Shown here: piece by piece, positions 1-12,000 of the stretch | Position numbering within the stretch: position 1 is the first letter of the stretch | Layout of the letters: each line of letters opens with the position of its first letter | Assembly (NCBI GenBank): GCA_000002435.2 | Contig: CM018792.1 | Reading direction: 5' to 3' (one strand) | Source of the DNA: Giardia intestinalis | Lineage: Eukaryota | DNA length: 64,000 nucleotides | The notes under the pieces: generated by a model | The model's input: only the letters and a program-made list of their open reading frames with translations | What the model was told of the DNA's origin: nothing | Databases searched by the model: none | Made by a program: the position numbers and the translations under genes

Positions 1-3000
1 ATTCTCACAGTTCTCCTGAGACTCCAGAACAACCACTTTCGTCGTTTCCAACTCCTTCCGCATCTCCTCGACAGTCTCGCGCGTCTCCATGAGCTTATTG
101 ATACCGCCCTTAAGTTTGTTTATATCATTGGTAATCTTGTGGCGCTGCTGAAGAAGGATATCTCTATATAATCGGACAAGGGACAGGTATCCTGCTGGAG
201 TAACGTGGACCTTGCGTTTAGAAGCCAGCTCCATTTCCAGGGCTGTCTTGTGGGATACGTCGTGTGCCGTAACAAAGGCTTTCGCCAGCTTCCTGCGGAG
301 CGACATGCGTGTCGGGTCTGTAGTGTCTGACTCGTCTCTGCTGCTGTTTTGAGAACTTCCTCCTCGCGCAGTAGTTGCAGGTGGCTGAGCCTTTTCTTCA
401 ACGATATTTCCATTCTCATCGATCTCCAATACGCGCTGCATGTTCTCAAATTCATCCAATTCCTTGAAATCTGAGAGGAAGTAGAGCGCGACTTCCTCTA
501 ACGCCGAAGTGGGCCAGTCTCCGAAAAGATCGAGGGTACACGAGCCAACCAATGACGGAAACATGCGCAGACGGCGCCGAAACACCTCTCCTGATGGTGA
601 GAAAGCTAAAACTATGTGAAGGTTGACCTTCGATCTCTGCAGGAGCATCTGATAACAATTCTCCATTGTCTCGCTCATGCCATACTGCTTGCATACAGGA
701 GACAAAGCGTCGCGTATCTGGCTCATTTCGTCTTGCGTAAACAGACCAGGTATCTCTCCAGAAGACAATATTGAATTGACATCCTCTAGAAACGCCTCGT
801 CGGCGATTTGCTGGTCGGAAAGGAGGAAGCACACTGCTTGGTTATCAACGCCGGCCATGAGAAAGAGCTTCTTCATATCTTCGCGGAATTGGGCAACCCC
901 GTAGTTCTTTGCTAGGTCTATAGAAAAGACAGTTTGCCGCTGGAGATGCGCTGCAAGCCGTGTCATACTACTGCGTCCTGATCCACCTGATCCAATCAGC
1001 AGTGCGTGACCAGACGGAGAGGAGAGAATTCTGGCAATCCGACAGCAATGATCAATCGCGTCATTGAAGAGAACAAGATTCATGGATGCTGCACCGGAGT
1101 TGTTGTATTCTCTGAGCTTTTCCTCCATGAAGGTCTTGAGCATCTTCTTGCTGGTTATCTCCTGGAAGACGCCTACTTCTGTGTCAGGATCCTGATTGTT
1201 AGGAATTGTCGAGATCCACTTTGTCTCCAAGAAGTCTACAAATAGCGGAGGCTGCTTTTCATAGAACACACGGCTGAGGGTTGTATTGAAATGGTTTCCG
1301 AGCTTTGAGCTGAGCAGGTCAAAGAACCAGGGGCGGTCCGTTTCAACCAGCCGGTCGTGATAAACGCGGAGGCACTCGTGTGTCCAAAGCCGAACAATGG
1401 AGTCCTGCGTTGTTTGCTGCTGCGGGTCGGCCTTCATAAGGCTCAAGAAGAACTTGGACAAGTCACGTAAATTGAACACGTAATGCGGCTTCAGTGGTGT
1501 CGGCAGAAGAGAAGAAGAGACCTGAGCGTAGATCTCTATGCCAGACGTCACTAGGGTATCAACCATCTGCCTTATTTGCTCGTCAAAGCCAAGTGCAAAA
1601 TGGGCGTTCAGGAGGGTGTGGAAGATGCCCTTCAGGACATTTTCACTGGGTGAATCTATTCCAAAGATGCTAAACAAGGAGAGGTTACGCGCACAGATGG
1701 GGTTCCGCCCGCCACCGGGGACAGCCATAGCAGGTACAATATCCACGTCTAGAATAGAGGACAAATAGTACTTATCCTTCTTCTGTCTGTACATTGTCCC
1801 GCGATCCATAACCTGACGCATAAACTCCAGAGGCGGCTGGGAACCGAATGCATCGCGCTGTGGAAGGTTATAGTCATCGAAGAAGGCCAAAAGCCGCTTA
1901 CCACCGACCGGTCCCATGGAGGTCGTCGAGCGCGGCTGCAATCGAGATTCCAAGACAGCCTGAAGGCGCTGCGGAGATGTTTGCGCAGAAAGACCTAGCG
2001 ACACTATGTTGTACTTTCCAATATTTCCACCAACAAACATCTTCTCCAGATTTGTGGCCCCATCGCAGGCTACTTGGAGAGTGGAATAGTACTCATAGGC
2101 AGAGTTTGTGATCAGGCCCTGCTCGAGTGCGGGAATGATGATGTTTTTAAAGATAGACGTCTTCCCAGTTCCGCTGACTCCATAGAGCATTACCCCGTAC
2201 GAAGTGGTGTAGCTATTGGCAGGCCCGACTGTGTGGTAGTTCCTGATCTCGATAGACTCTATCGCTGCGTGAAGGATTGCTGTTTTAACCACGTATTCGG
2301 TGCGGAGAGTATCCACCGTGGGAACAAGAGTTGAGTACAGGGGAATGGCTGGATTGGGTCGCCACCCTCTCGGCAAGACCTCGTTCCAGTGTACCCAGCT
2401 GCGACGGCCGTGGTCCACCTTATAATCCCAAACGGTGTCTGCCACTGGAAGAGCACCCTCAACTTCACGGATAATCAAGTCGAAGTGTTGTCTGCCGTCC
2501 GAATCCAGACTGCCACCGAACGCCCAGACCAGTGAGAAGACGATATACATTTCAACAACGCGTTGTACCATCCCATCATTATCAAAAATGTCAATCCACA
2601 CACCATTATGGGGCTGCGCAAGGGCCTCAAACATGTTGAAGAATGTCCGCATCATGGAGTATACAGAATAGTCGATGGACTGGGTCAGGATGCCTTGCTC
2701 TTTTGCATCGAACACCTTATTAAATAGCTTCATTCCATAACCCTCCAGAGTATCTATTATCAACTGGTTAGTCTCCGCTGGTACATCATGCTTTATGAGC
2801 TCCTTATAGTTGGAACTATCGCCCTCGTTTTCCTTGACCTTGGCTATTGCTCGCTCCAAATTAAACTGAAACGTCCCATAGCGCTCTCTAACCAGCTCAT
2901 TCCTTGTCCTCGAGCGATAAAACTTGTCTATTCCGTGCCTATAGAGCCATCTCCACTCTATGTCCGAGAGATCACAGTAAATCATTCCTGCACGGGAGAC

Positions 3001-6000
3001 AGTAGCAGGAGAGGCTTGTGAGAGATCATTTGCCTCAAACAAGAAGTTGACGGCCTTAGGGAACGAGATACGCTCACCGTTGACAAGTGTTAGTATCTTT
3101 GAATCGTCAAGCACTGAGTTGAGGGACTCTATCCACAGTGTGTCCACAGGGCCATCGAAAAGCGTAGTGTAGTAGGTCTTATTGTTGGGATCATTACCCA
3201 GTGCTGAGCTGCTGCGGATACAATTGGAGACAACGCCATCAACCCATTCTTGGGTCGCCATGTCAAACGCCCCATACAGCTGGTTGATGTTGAGGGCTTT
3301 GGGATTTATGTAGTCTATCACAACGTCGTAGGCGTCATCGTATGGGGTGCGGACCTTCTCATCATAGACTGGCTCCACCAACACGTCACCGACGGTGGTG
3401 TCCTTCTGATCTCGTGCGGGAGTAAAGGCATACGCACCTGTGTTAGAGTCATATTTGTAGACATCCTTCATGTAATGGATACATTTAGCTAGGTAAACTG
3501 TTTCTTGTATATGCTTAGACGTTCCTGTTTCGTCTTTGTACAACTTTTGCAGAAGGTAAAGGTATGGGGAGACAGCCTTGAATGGAATTTCCTGTGAGTC
3601 GACGACGTGTTTGATCATTATGCAATAGGGGTTCTTAAGAAAGGCCTTGGCCTGTACAGCCCCCTTGGGCTGAGTTGCTTCAAGATACTCTGTATATGCT
3701 TTCTTAGCGCGAGCGCGAGCAGCCGCAAGCACCTCGTAACAGGTTGTTTTGCCGGAGCCAGAATTCCCAATGACCATAACTCCGTGCCGGGACTCTTGTG
3801 TTTCTAGAAACTGGAAGATCTTGTCGCGCTGCTTAGTGTTGATATGAATGTTCCGTACTGCCATCTCGATATCCACGCCTGCTTCCACAAGCCCGTACGA
3901 AACGTCCTGCAGCTCTACACCCGGAAAGAGATCGCTAATTAGGCCTGTGAATAGAAGTGTGTCCTGGCGAACAAGTTTCGGCTCCGTGCTGTACTTGAGG
4001 CTCCTCATCATGATCATATCCTCCGGATACTCTGGATGGCTGCGCTTCAACATGCCTGCGGTCAGAAGAACCGCCTTCATTGCGCGCAGACCGAAGTCAT
4101 AGTGGCCTTGCTTGGAAAGCTGAAGGTTAGAAAGTTCAAATAGAGTCTTTGCCTTCATTCCTAAGGACTTGGCTGTGGCGAAGCCCTCGGAAAGGATCAT
4201 GATTTCACAAATGAGTTGCATCTGTGGCACACACATTGAAATGGGGCGGAAAAGGGCCTTGAGGTTGTCAGGCAGCTCCGAGCGGCCGGCATAGCCTGGA
4301 TTCATGGTTATGAAAACGCCGCACGTGCGCTTTAAACTGATTTCACGTCCCTCAAAAACAAATCTAGACGCATTTTTAGAGATAGCTGCAAGGATGGTTC
4401 CGACTTGCTGTGCAACAACTGAGAGAACATCGACGTAGAGACGATTGAACTCGTCAAAGCAGCTCCAGGCGCCTGTCTGGCAAAGACCCGAAAACATCCG
4501 ACCCAAAGACTTGTAGTCCAGACCCTCGGAGCAGTTGAAGATGAGACATTGGATGCTTATGGCCTTGGCAAGGTCCTTCGTGGTCTCGGTTTTTCCAGTA
4601 CCAGCAGGTCCTTGTGGCGCACCGCCCTTACGCAACTGTAGAGCAGAGGTCAGAGTAACGTAGCACCGATCTGTCAGAGGTGTGCAAACAAGTCGGCCAG
4701 TGTTTGCCAGGTACTCGTACTGATAGGCAAGAATTGATGTGGTTTGGCGAATGACTATACACATAGTCATGTCCTCGCGCTTCTCCTCCTTCTTTTTTTT
4801 CTTGTTGCTCGGCTGGTCAAAGTCACTGCCCACCAACTCCAGGTAATACTTTAGTTGGCTGAACCACTCAAAGCATTGGTCGTTGTAAACCTTAGCATGG
4901 TAGAGCTCTTCTATTATGTCACGATTATGGACTTCTAGGGTAATGTGGGAACGCACCTTGTTCTGAATAAGGGAGCCCTGGAAGTTGCATGGGTACGGCG
5001 CTGCTTGTGGCACTACAAACTCCGACCGTTGCTTGCGGACGATTTCAGTTAGCTTGCTGAGGAAGATCATAGAGCGTTTGCGGGAGTTTTTAAGGTTACG
5101 CCGAACAGTGTCAAGGCAGTCCTGGAACCCAGGTGTTTGCATGAGTTGTTGCATAAGAAAGGCCTCGTCATCCAATTCTTCCTGAGGCTCCTCTGCTGCT
5201 GTCTCGTCTCCACCATCAAGGCCATCCTCTCCAGGTCTGTCGAAAGTATCTTTTTTATTCCTCAATGTGGGAGCTTCTAGCTTGGTTTTGTCAAGGAACT
5301 TTGCCCCGCTAGAGAGTGCGTGTGCAACGTGCTGCGTCCATCTGATCTGGTTGCTTGCTATAGTAAGTTGACCCGGCCACTTTCCAAGCAATATCTCTAA
5401 CGGCAGCTTTCCGTTGACCATGTCCAAGAGGCAACGCGGCGCCATGTCTTTTAGAGTTGCGCGCATACAATCTTCCACCTGTCCGAGCCAGACTTCAACG
5501 GGAACTCCTGTGCAGATGATATTTCGAAGAAATGGCACCAACTCTCCGCAGTCCCCCCTCATGCCCGAAGCAATAACGACAGTATTTGGCTTAAGCTGGC
5601 TGACGTCGGTGTACTGACTGATATTTGTCCCAGCTTTGTCTGTGACGTCAAGAGACTTCATTGCATCAAAGCACTTGCGTATGTGTGGCTGCACAGCAAG
5701 TGGATTCTTCGACTGAGCCAAAATCTCAAGCAACTCGTCGTTGGAAAGGAAGTAGAACCGTGGGAAGGAAACGCGCTTTCGCTCAAGATAATCCTCCAAC
5801 CTCTTTTGGATCTGATCGAGCGTCTGAGAAATCTCTAGCATTGATTTAATAATCACAGAGGATCGTCGTAGATTAATCTTAGAGCCGATATTTGTTTGCA
5901 GCAGCTCTAGAATATCGAAACAAACGAGGACCCGTTTCTCACGGTGAATGCGTGTCATGGACTTCTTCCAAAGTTCATTGGCCTCGTCGAAAAGCTGGGA

Positions 6001-9000
6001 CTCTGCCGGAAGCTGCTTACGGATATCATCAGAGGCGGCAAAAATGGTCTCCAAGTACATCCAGGCACGCTGAGAGTTCAGGATAATCTCGATTCCTTCA
6101 GAGACCTGGGAGAGCACCGCGTCCCACGTGTCCAGCTCCTGCTCAAATGCCCGTGCATACTTGGATCCCTTCATTGTTGATATGGACAAGGAGTGCTCCT
6201 CTAAGTTTGCAAAAAGGTCCTCCAGGCCCTTCAAAATGTAATAGGTGGGTTTGTTTCGTACATCCCCGCCGTACGACTTGCTCTGATACGTTGCAACATT
6301 AAGCTCAAGCATGTGCCACTTCTTGACGATGTCACGCATTCCCTCTTCAATGAAGAGCTCCTGCGTGGCGCCGCTAGATATCGCAGCAATGGATTCAGCG
6401 TGCACCATGAGTCCGGAACTTATGATAAAATGTAGAGTGAAGTGCATCGAGTCCGGATCAATGATGACTTTGTCGTAGGCTTCATTGTTCACGGCAGAGG
6501 AGGAAAGCCCAGCCGATGTTGTGGAAGAATCAAGGTTGACCCCGCTTGAGACAAGGTTAGATAGTTTGGCAATTGGCTCTCCTCCTGAGGCAGGTCCCAG
6601 AATATTGGGAGTGTCTTTCGGGATCAGCAGGTAGATGCCAGTTATTTCTGAGATCTGTGCCCAATGGCGCGGACGCATAGCGGTGTTTTTGAGGTCCTGG
6701 CTAACAGCGGGAACAGGTCGGTACTCCTCAAGCTGCAGAGCAAGAGTCTTCGAAACAGGAAATGCTTTTGTATCGTTGGGAAGCTTTCTTACCGAGATTT
6801 GGTTTTTCTTAATTTCAGCATCGAGCTGCTCGTGATCAATGTGGCGCATCTGAGTTCGCTTCACGCTGCTGTAGTAATTGTTCCAAGCGGAAGCAATAGA
6901 CCATATGCTCTTGAGCTGCTTGATCATTCCTTGTATTATGCTCAGCTCTTTTACGTCCTTGAATTCAGCTTGGAAAATCCTCAACCCATGCTCAACCTGT
7001 TCTTTCAGCTGGAGCAAGTCGTCATACTTGTTCTCAAAGCGATGAAGTATCCGCTCCGCCTGCTGTATGTCCTCGGCCGTCAGAGCAACACCCTCGATTG
7101 CCTTGGTTACAACATTGGGAGAATATGGTCCTTCGCTCTGGACTAACGTCTTCAGATCCATACACGCTTGGGTGAGATTGGCCTGGTCTCTCGTAACCTG
7201 GTCTCTGAATTTGGTTCGTTCCACAGCCACCTTCAATTGCGCAGAGTCGATGGCGCCCTTCGCCTTTGTAATAAGATCTGTAAGACCGTTTAAGATAACA
7301 AGCTTATCTGCAGACACGTTCGCTTCTAAGGTCATAAGCAGTTGGAACTTCTGCCCTATAGGTTGGCAGCGCTCATTAATGCTGCCAATAAGTACCTTTG
7401 CACTGTCTAGGTTTGTAATCTGACGCTGGAGGTCATCCAGGTCGCGAGACTCTTTGTCCAAGAGCAGGATCATCTCGTTAAGATCGTTAGTGACCAATTT
7501 GAGCTCGGAAAACGCCTTCTCTTGGAGAACGTCAATAAGATAACTCTGGAAGTCGGCGCTCTTGCGCGCAAGTTCTGTCTTGAGATTGGTACAGTCAAGC
7601 TGGATGACAGACAAGTGTATGTGTGACTCCTCTTGCTGCAGGTCAGCTTCTAAGCGCTGGAAGCTTTTGAGCGTATCTTCATAGACAGACAGAGGCTGCG
7701 ATAAGAGGTTATGGCGTATTTCGTACCCTCGCATATCCTCCAGCCAAAGCTCGGAATAGCGAGCAAAGTTCCCGGCGTAGGTTGTCGCTTGCTTGCAAAC
7801 CGCATCTAAGCTATAGCGTATCCAGGCTATGGCATGCCCCAGTGCATTGGTGTTGATTCCCTTGGCCTGCTGGTCTGTAGCCTCATCGGGACAGCTGCTG
7901 GGCGAATAGACTGTGACGGTATTAGCTGGCTGATCCAAAATGTTAATTGCAAATCTAAAGAGATCTAGATACGGAATTCGAACCTTGTATTCTGGCATCT
8001 TCAGAGACGCCCATTCATCTATGTCCGCACGCAGCACGGCTATCTCAGCAGGAGATGTTTGCAGGCCCTCTCTCTCCCGCTGATCTATCTTCTCCTGAAA
8101 GATACGTTCTGCCTCTGCAATCCGCATTTCCCGCAAACGGCGCTCCTTCGCTGAAAGGGATATGTGGAAGCGTTCTATACGTTCAACGATACCCAGAATG
8201 GCGGATCTCAGGACAGTGACAACAGCGCCATTCAGCTCGTCAACAGATGGGCTAATAATGGGATGCTTAGTGAGAACCAAGAAGAGTTTAAAGATCGGGA
8301 TGGCCTCTGGCTTATAGGCAGACATGTCTAACGGCCTGGAACGACGTCCAGTCATGATGAAGGCCAGCTCCTCAAAGCTCTGGACAAAAAGAGCGAGCAG
8401 CGACACCTCAATCCGGGATTCTATTTGAGAAACAAACTGGATCCACTCTGCTTGTACTGAAGGGCCATCTTTCCGGAAGATATTATAGCAGCTTACAAGA
8501 GAATCTTCCGCTAGGTTAAGGGTCTCAAAGAATTGGCGTGTGGCTGAATCCAAAGTAACACGTTGGTTAGACACAAATTCAGAAAGCTGAAGTGGCCCAC
8601 TAGTGGACGATCTCTCACCAAGTTGGGCGTCGTCGTCATCTGCAAGGCTTTGCTCCATCGATTGGGCATGGCTCAAGGAACTGGATGACGATGTATCCGC
8701 GCAAAGCTTGCAATTGATGAGAGAAATGGAGCTTAGAGACCTGATGCAGTCCTCGATAGTCTTCCGTTTGTTGTGGAATAGGCACGTCAGTGCAAACGCT
8801 TCAATAGCCAGCTTTCGCGCCTTCATAATGAACTGGAGAAGACCACGGGTATTCCAGCCTATTTTTGTCCACGCATCCGAGAGATAGTTAGACAGCTCGG
8901 AGAGGCGCGAGCGGAACAAAAGGATCTCATCAGGCGCTAGGTTATCCACAACACGATTGACCTCAGAGACACAGAGAGATACAAGCTCCTTTTTCTGATG

Positions 9001-12000
9001 GAGCGCAGTTCGGCGCGAGTACAGTTGCTTGGCGTTTTCAGGGATGTCGTATCCTAACTTGCTCCAGTACATGACTTCCTGCAAGCAGTTCTTGATAGAG
9101 ACAGGGTACTGAAGGCTAACCCGATTCAGAAGAAGGATTGTGTTCGTCGTCTCCTCGTGGGGCTCGTCCTTTGCTTGGGGTGCTTTCTTAGCTTTGTCAC
9201 TTGATGTCCCCATGTCCAGGGCGTTAAGTGCCGAGTCGACGTTTAGTTTTTCCTTAAGAGCATCTGGAATGGGCGTGAGAGCCATGATCGGCTTCTCTAG
9301 CTCTGCCTCGAAATTGTACGACTTGATGCTCGAAACCCATTCGCGGAAGTTTCTGTCTATGTAGCTTTCAAAAAGAGCTTTAGTTTTGGCGTAAATCTCA
9401 ATGGCCTCGCGTTCGTCGCGGGAGTAGTTGACTAATAGTTCGACTGCCTGCCTGCTATCATTGGTTCCAACACCAGATGCCGCGGCTGCAGCATTCCTCC
9501 GCTCCCTGTTTAGGAGTTCTGAGGCAACTTGGCGAGCACCTGGGGAAAGCCATATGACAAGGGCATCCCAGTCACGCTCCAAAGCGCTGAGTAACCGTTT
9601 AATATTCACCGAATTCATAGCGATGCGCGGCTGGAATGAAGCAAATGTCAACACCGTAGAGTGTGCCACCGTCGTCGCCATACTGGCCGAGGCCTGGTCA
9701 ACGTCCAGTTTGCGCTCGGGTTGAGCATGCTCGTCTGTGCCACTGAGTGCCACCTTTGCTGATGCCTTTGCAGTTCCAGAATTAGCTCCACTGACAGCCT
9801 TCGTCGACCTGGCTTTTGTCCCCAGTGGGGCTTTTGCAGCTGCCAGCTTGGTAGTCCTTTTAGTGTCCCTAGCCTCTGACGGTTTGCTTTCAACATTGGT
9901 AGTGTTAGACGCTGTCCTTAAAAGCTCAAACTGGCTTTTTATCTGTCCTGCCTTCTCAATGAAAAGGCGCACAGTATCGAGAGTTTTCTTTTCCACAGAG
10001 CGTCTGAACGCTGGGCGACTAGATAAATGGCTAAACGCCTCAAGGATAGCGCAGGTTTCAACAACGGAGTGGCTAGATTGGGAAAAGTTTGTTGAGATAA
10101 TGTTCTCAGTGAAGATAGTGAGCGCCTTGATCCCCTGACGGTAGGCTGCGACAGACTCGTGCCACGAGTTTGATCGCACGTCAAAGTGATTGTATGGAAC
10201 ACGAGAAAGAAGGGCGAGATGGCGTAAGAATGTGCGCTGAATCTCCCTAAAGGACCGCCGGATCATTTGGCCTAAACTTCCTCCAAATTTAGGAAGAAGA
10301 TACTCAGCAGAGTTAATGTCTGCAAGTGATGCCGTGTTAAGGTTATCGTAAGGTGGCTTTCCAATCTGAGAGAGGAGACTCATGTCGACTGTCAATCCAT
10401 TAGGAAGCTCTATTGTTTCTGTTTTAGGTGTGGCAGAGAACGTGTTCTCCTTAATATGTTGCTTCCCATTTTGCTCTGCACCCGCATTGGAATTAGTGTG
10501 GCGCTGTAAGAATCCATCCTTCGAGGCAATTAACGTGTCTGCACGAGAAAACTGGAGCCTATCCTGACATATTTCGCACAGGTCAATGCATCTCTGGCCA
10601 AACGCCTCTGCAGAGGAGACCACTGAAGAATCGAAGGACCACTCCATGAACGGCTGGTCAGGTCTTTGTTTCCGCAGAAGCAGGCAATAGACCGTTTTGT
10701 GATACTGTGGAGGAATATGGTTAAGTGCAGCAGGGTTATCGTAGCTATCCTCTGTCCCTTCGCCTTCTTCAGTTCTCTCATCGGGCTCGGGAACTGGCTC
10801 CGGCTCAGGAGGAGGCAGCGCGCCCATCTGTGCCTCTGCCTCAATGGCTGCCTTTTTGGCCGTTTCTATTTCTGTAACAAGGTCCTCGTGCTCCTTTGTA
10901 TTGTCACACGCCTGCTTATATAGCAATATCCACGAATTGATGATTGCATTGCATCCAATAAGATCGTGAATAGACCGGAGACTGTCCCCGACAAAGATAT
11001 CATACAGGCTAACCATGGATACCAGGCTATTAACCACAAGCGACGAGACACGCCGCAACAGCCCAGACAAGTTAGCCACGTTAGAATAGTATGCTGACTG
11101 GGCACTTATTAGCTTTATTTGGCAGAGAAGATCCGGAAGAACTGATGCGATATCGTTTAGATCTTTTGTGGTCATCAGGGATCTACAGGCGCCCTCAATA
11201 GTCCCCAAAAACTTTAGGTTTGACATGCTTTCATTTGTGCGCTCCTTGATAACTGCAGCAAGCTCGTCGAAGGTGTCAGCGTACTGTGAGTGTGCCAGCT
11301 TCAAGGTCTCAATTACATTACACAGCGCCCTTGAGCGTAGCTGGTCCAGAACCGCTGTGAGGTCTGCAGCCCTAGTCTTCCAGTAACACAGCTCGTCCAG
11401 AGGGTCCTGCAAGCGAGGAAACGGGTGATACTTCGTTGCACAGGCATTGAGCCCTCGTGCTGCCTTTTTGCTAAACTGAGTGATGGGCCGAGATGCATCA
11501 TCAGTCTTTGGAGCCGTCCCTGGCGTTATTGCTTGTTGAGCAGTCATTGAGGTCCGTGCCATGGAGTGCACACCCGAAAGCAGCTCTTTGATTTGGCGTG
11601 TCCAATGGACAACGAGAGATTCTAACCGAGGTATGAGCTCTTTGTTGCGCGAGCCCTCTACTGGGTCTAGATCCTCAAAGCTAGGGATATACAGAACGGT
11701 TCTCCCCTTTGCAAGATAAGTCGTCTCAGTCAAGCTGGCCATATACCGCTCAATTTGGCTTAGAAAGTCGTCTCTAACACTAGATGGCCAAGTGTTGAAG
11801 GAACGAATCCAGGGAGAGTAAACAGAATTCATGGCATTCAGTAAGGACTCTGTGACGCAAGGAGACACCGTCCCCATCTGAATGTGATTTCTCCAGTCGG
11901 TGAAGTCGGCCGGCATTGTTTCAAGTCGGACGAAGTAGTAGATACTGAAGGCTAGCGTCGGCTGAGAAGTGTCCGACTTTGCCGCTGAAAAGTCTGTTGT

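Noticed and set aside
6664-10138. Plus-strand ORFs of 100-160 aa inside the dynein locus (e.g. 6664..7146, 7067..7423, 9428..9724, 9737..10138)
   Set aside because: They lie antisense to a 12-kb gene that has strong dynein homology. Long antisense ORFs are expected opposite long GC-balanced coding regions, and none shows a recognisable motif.
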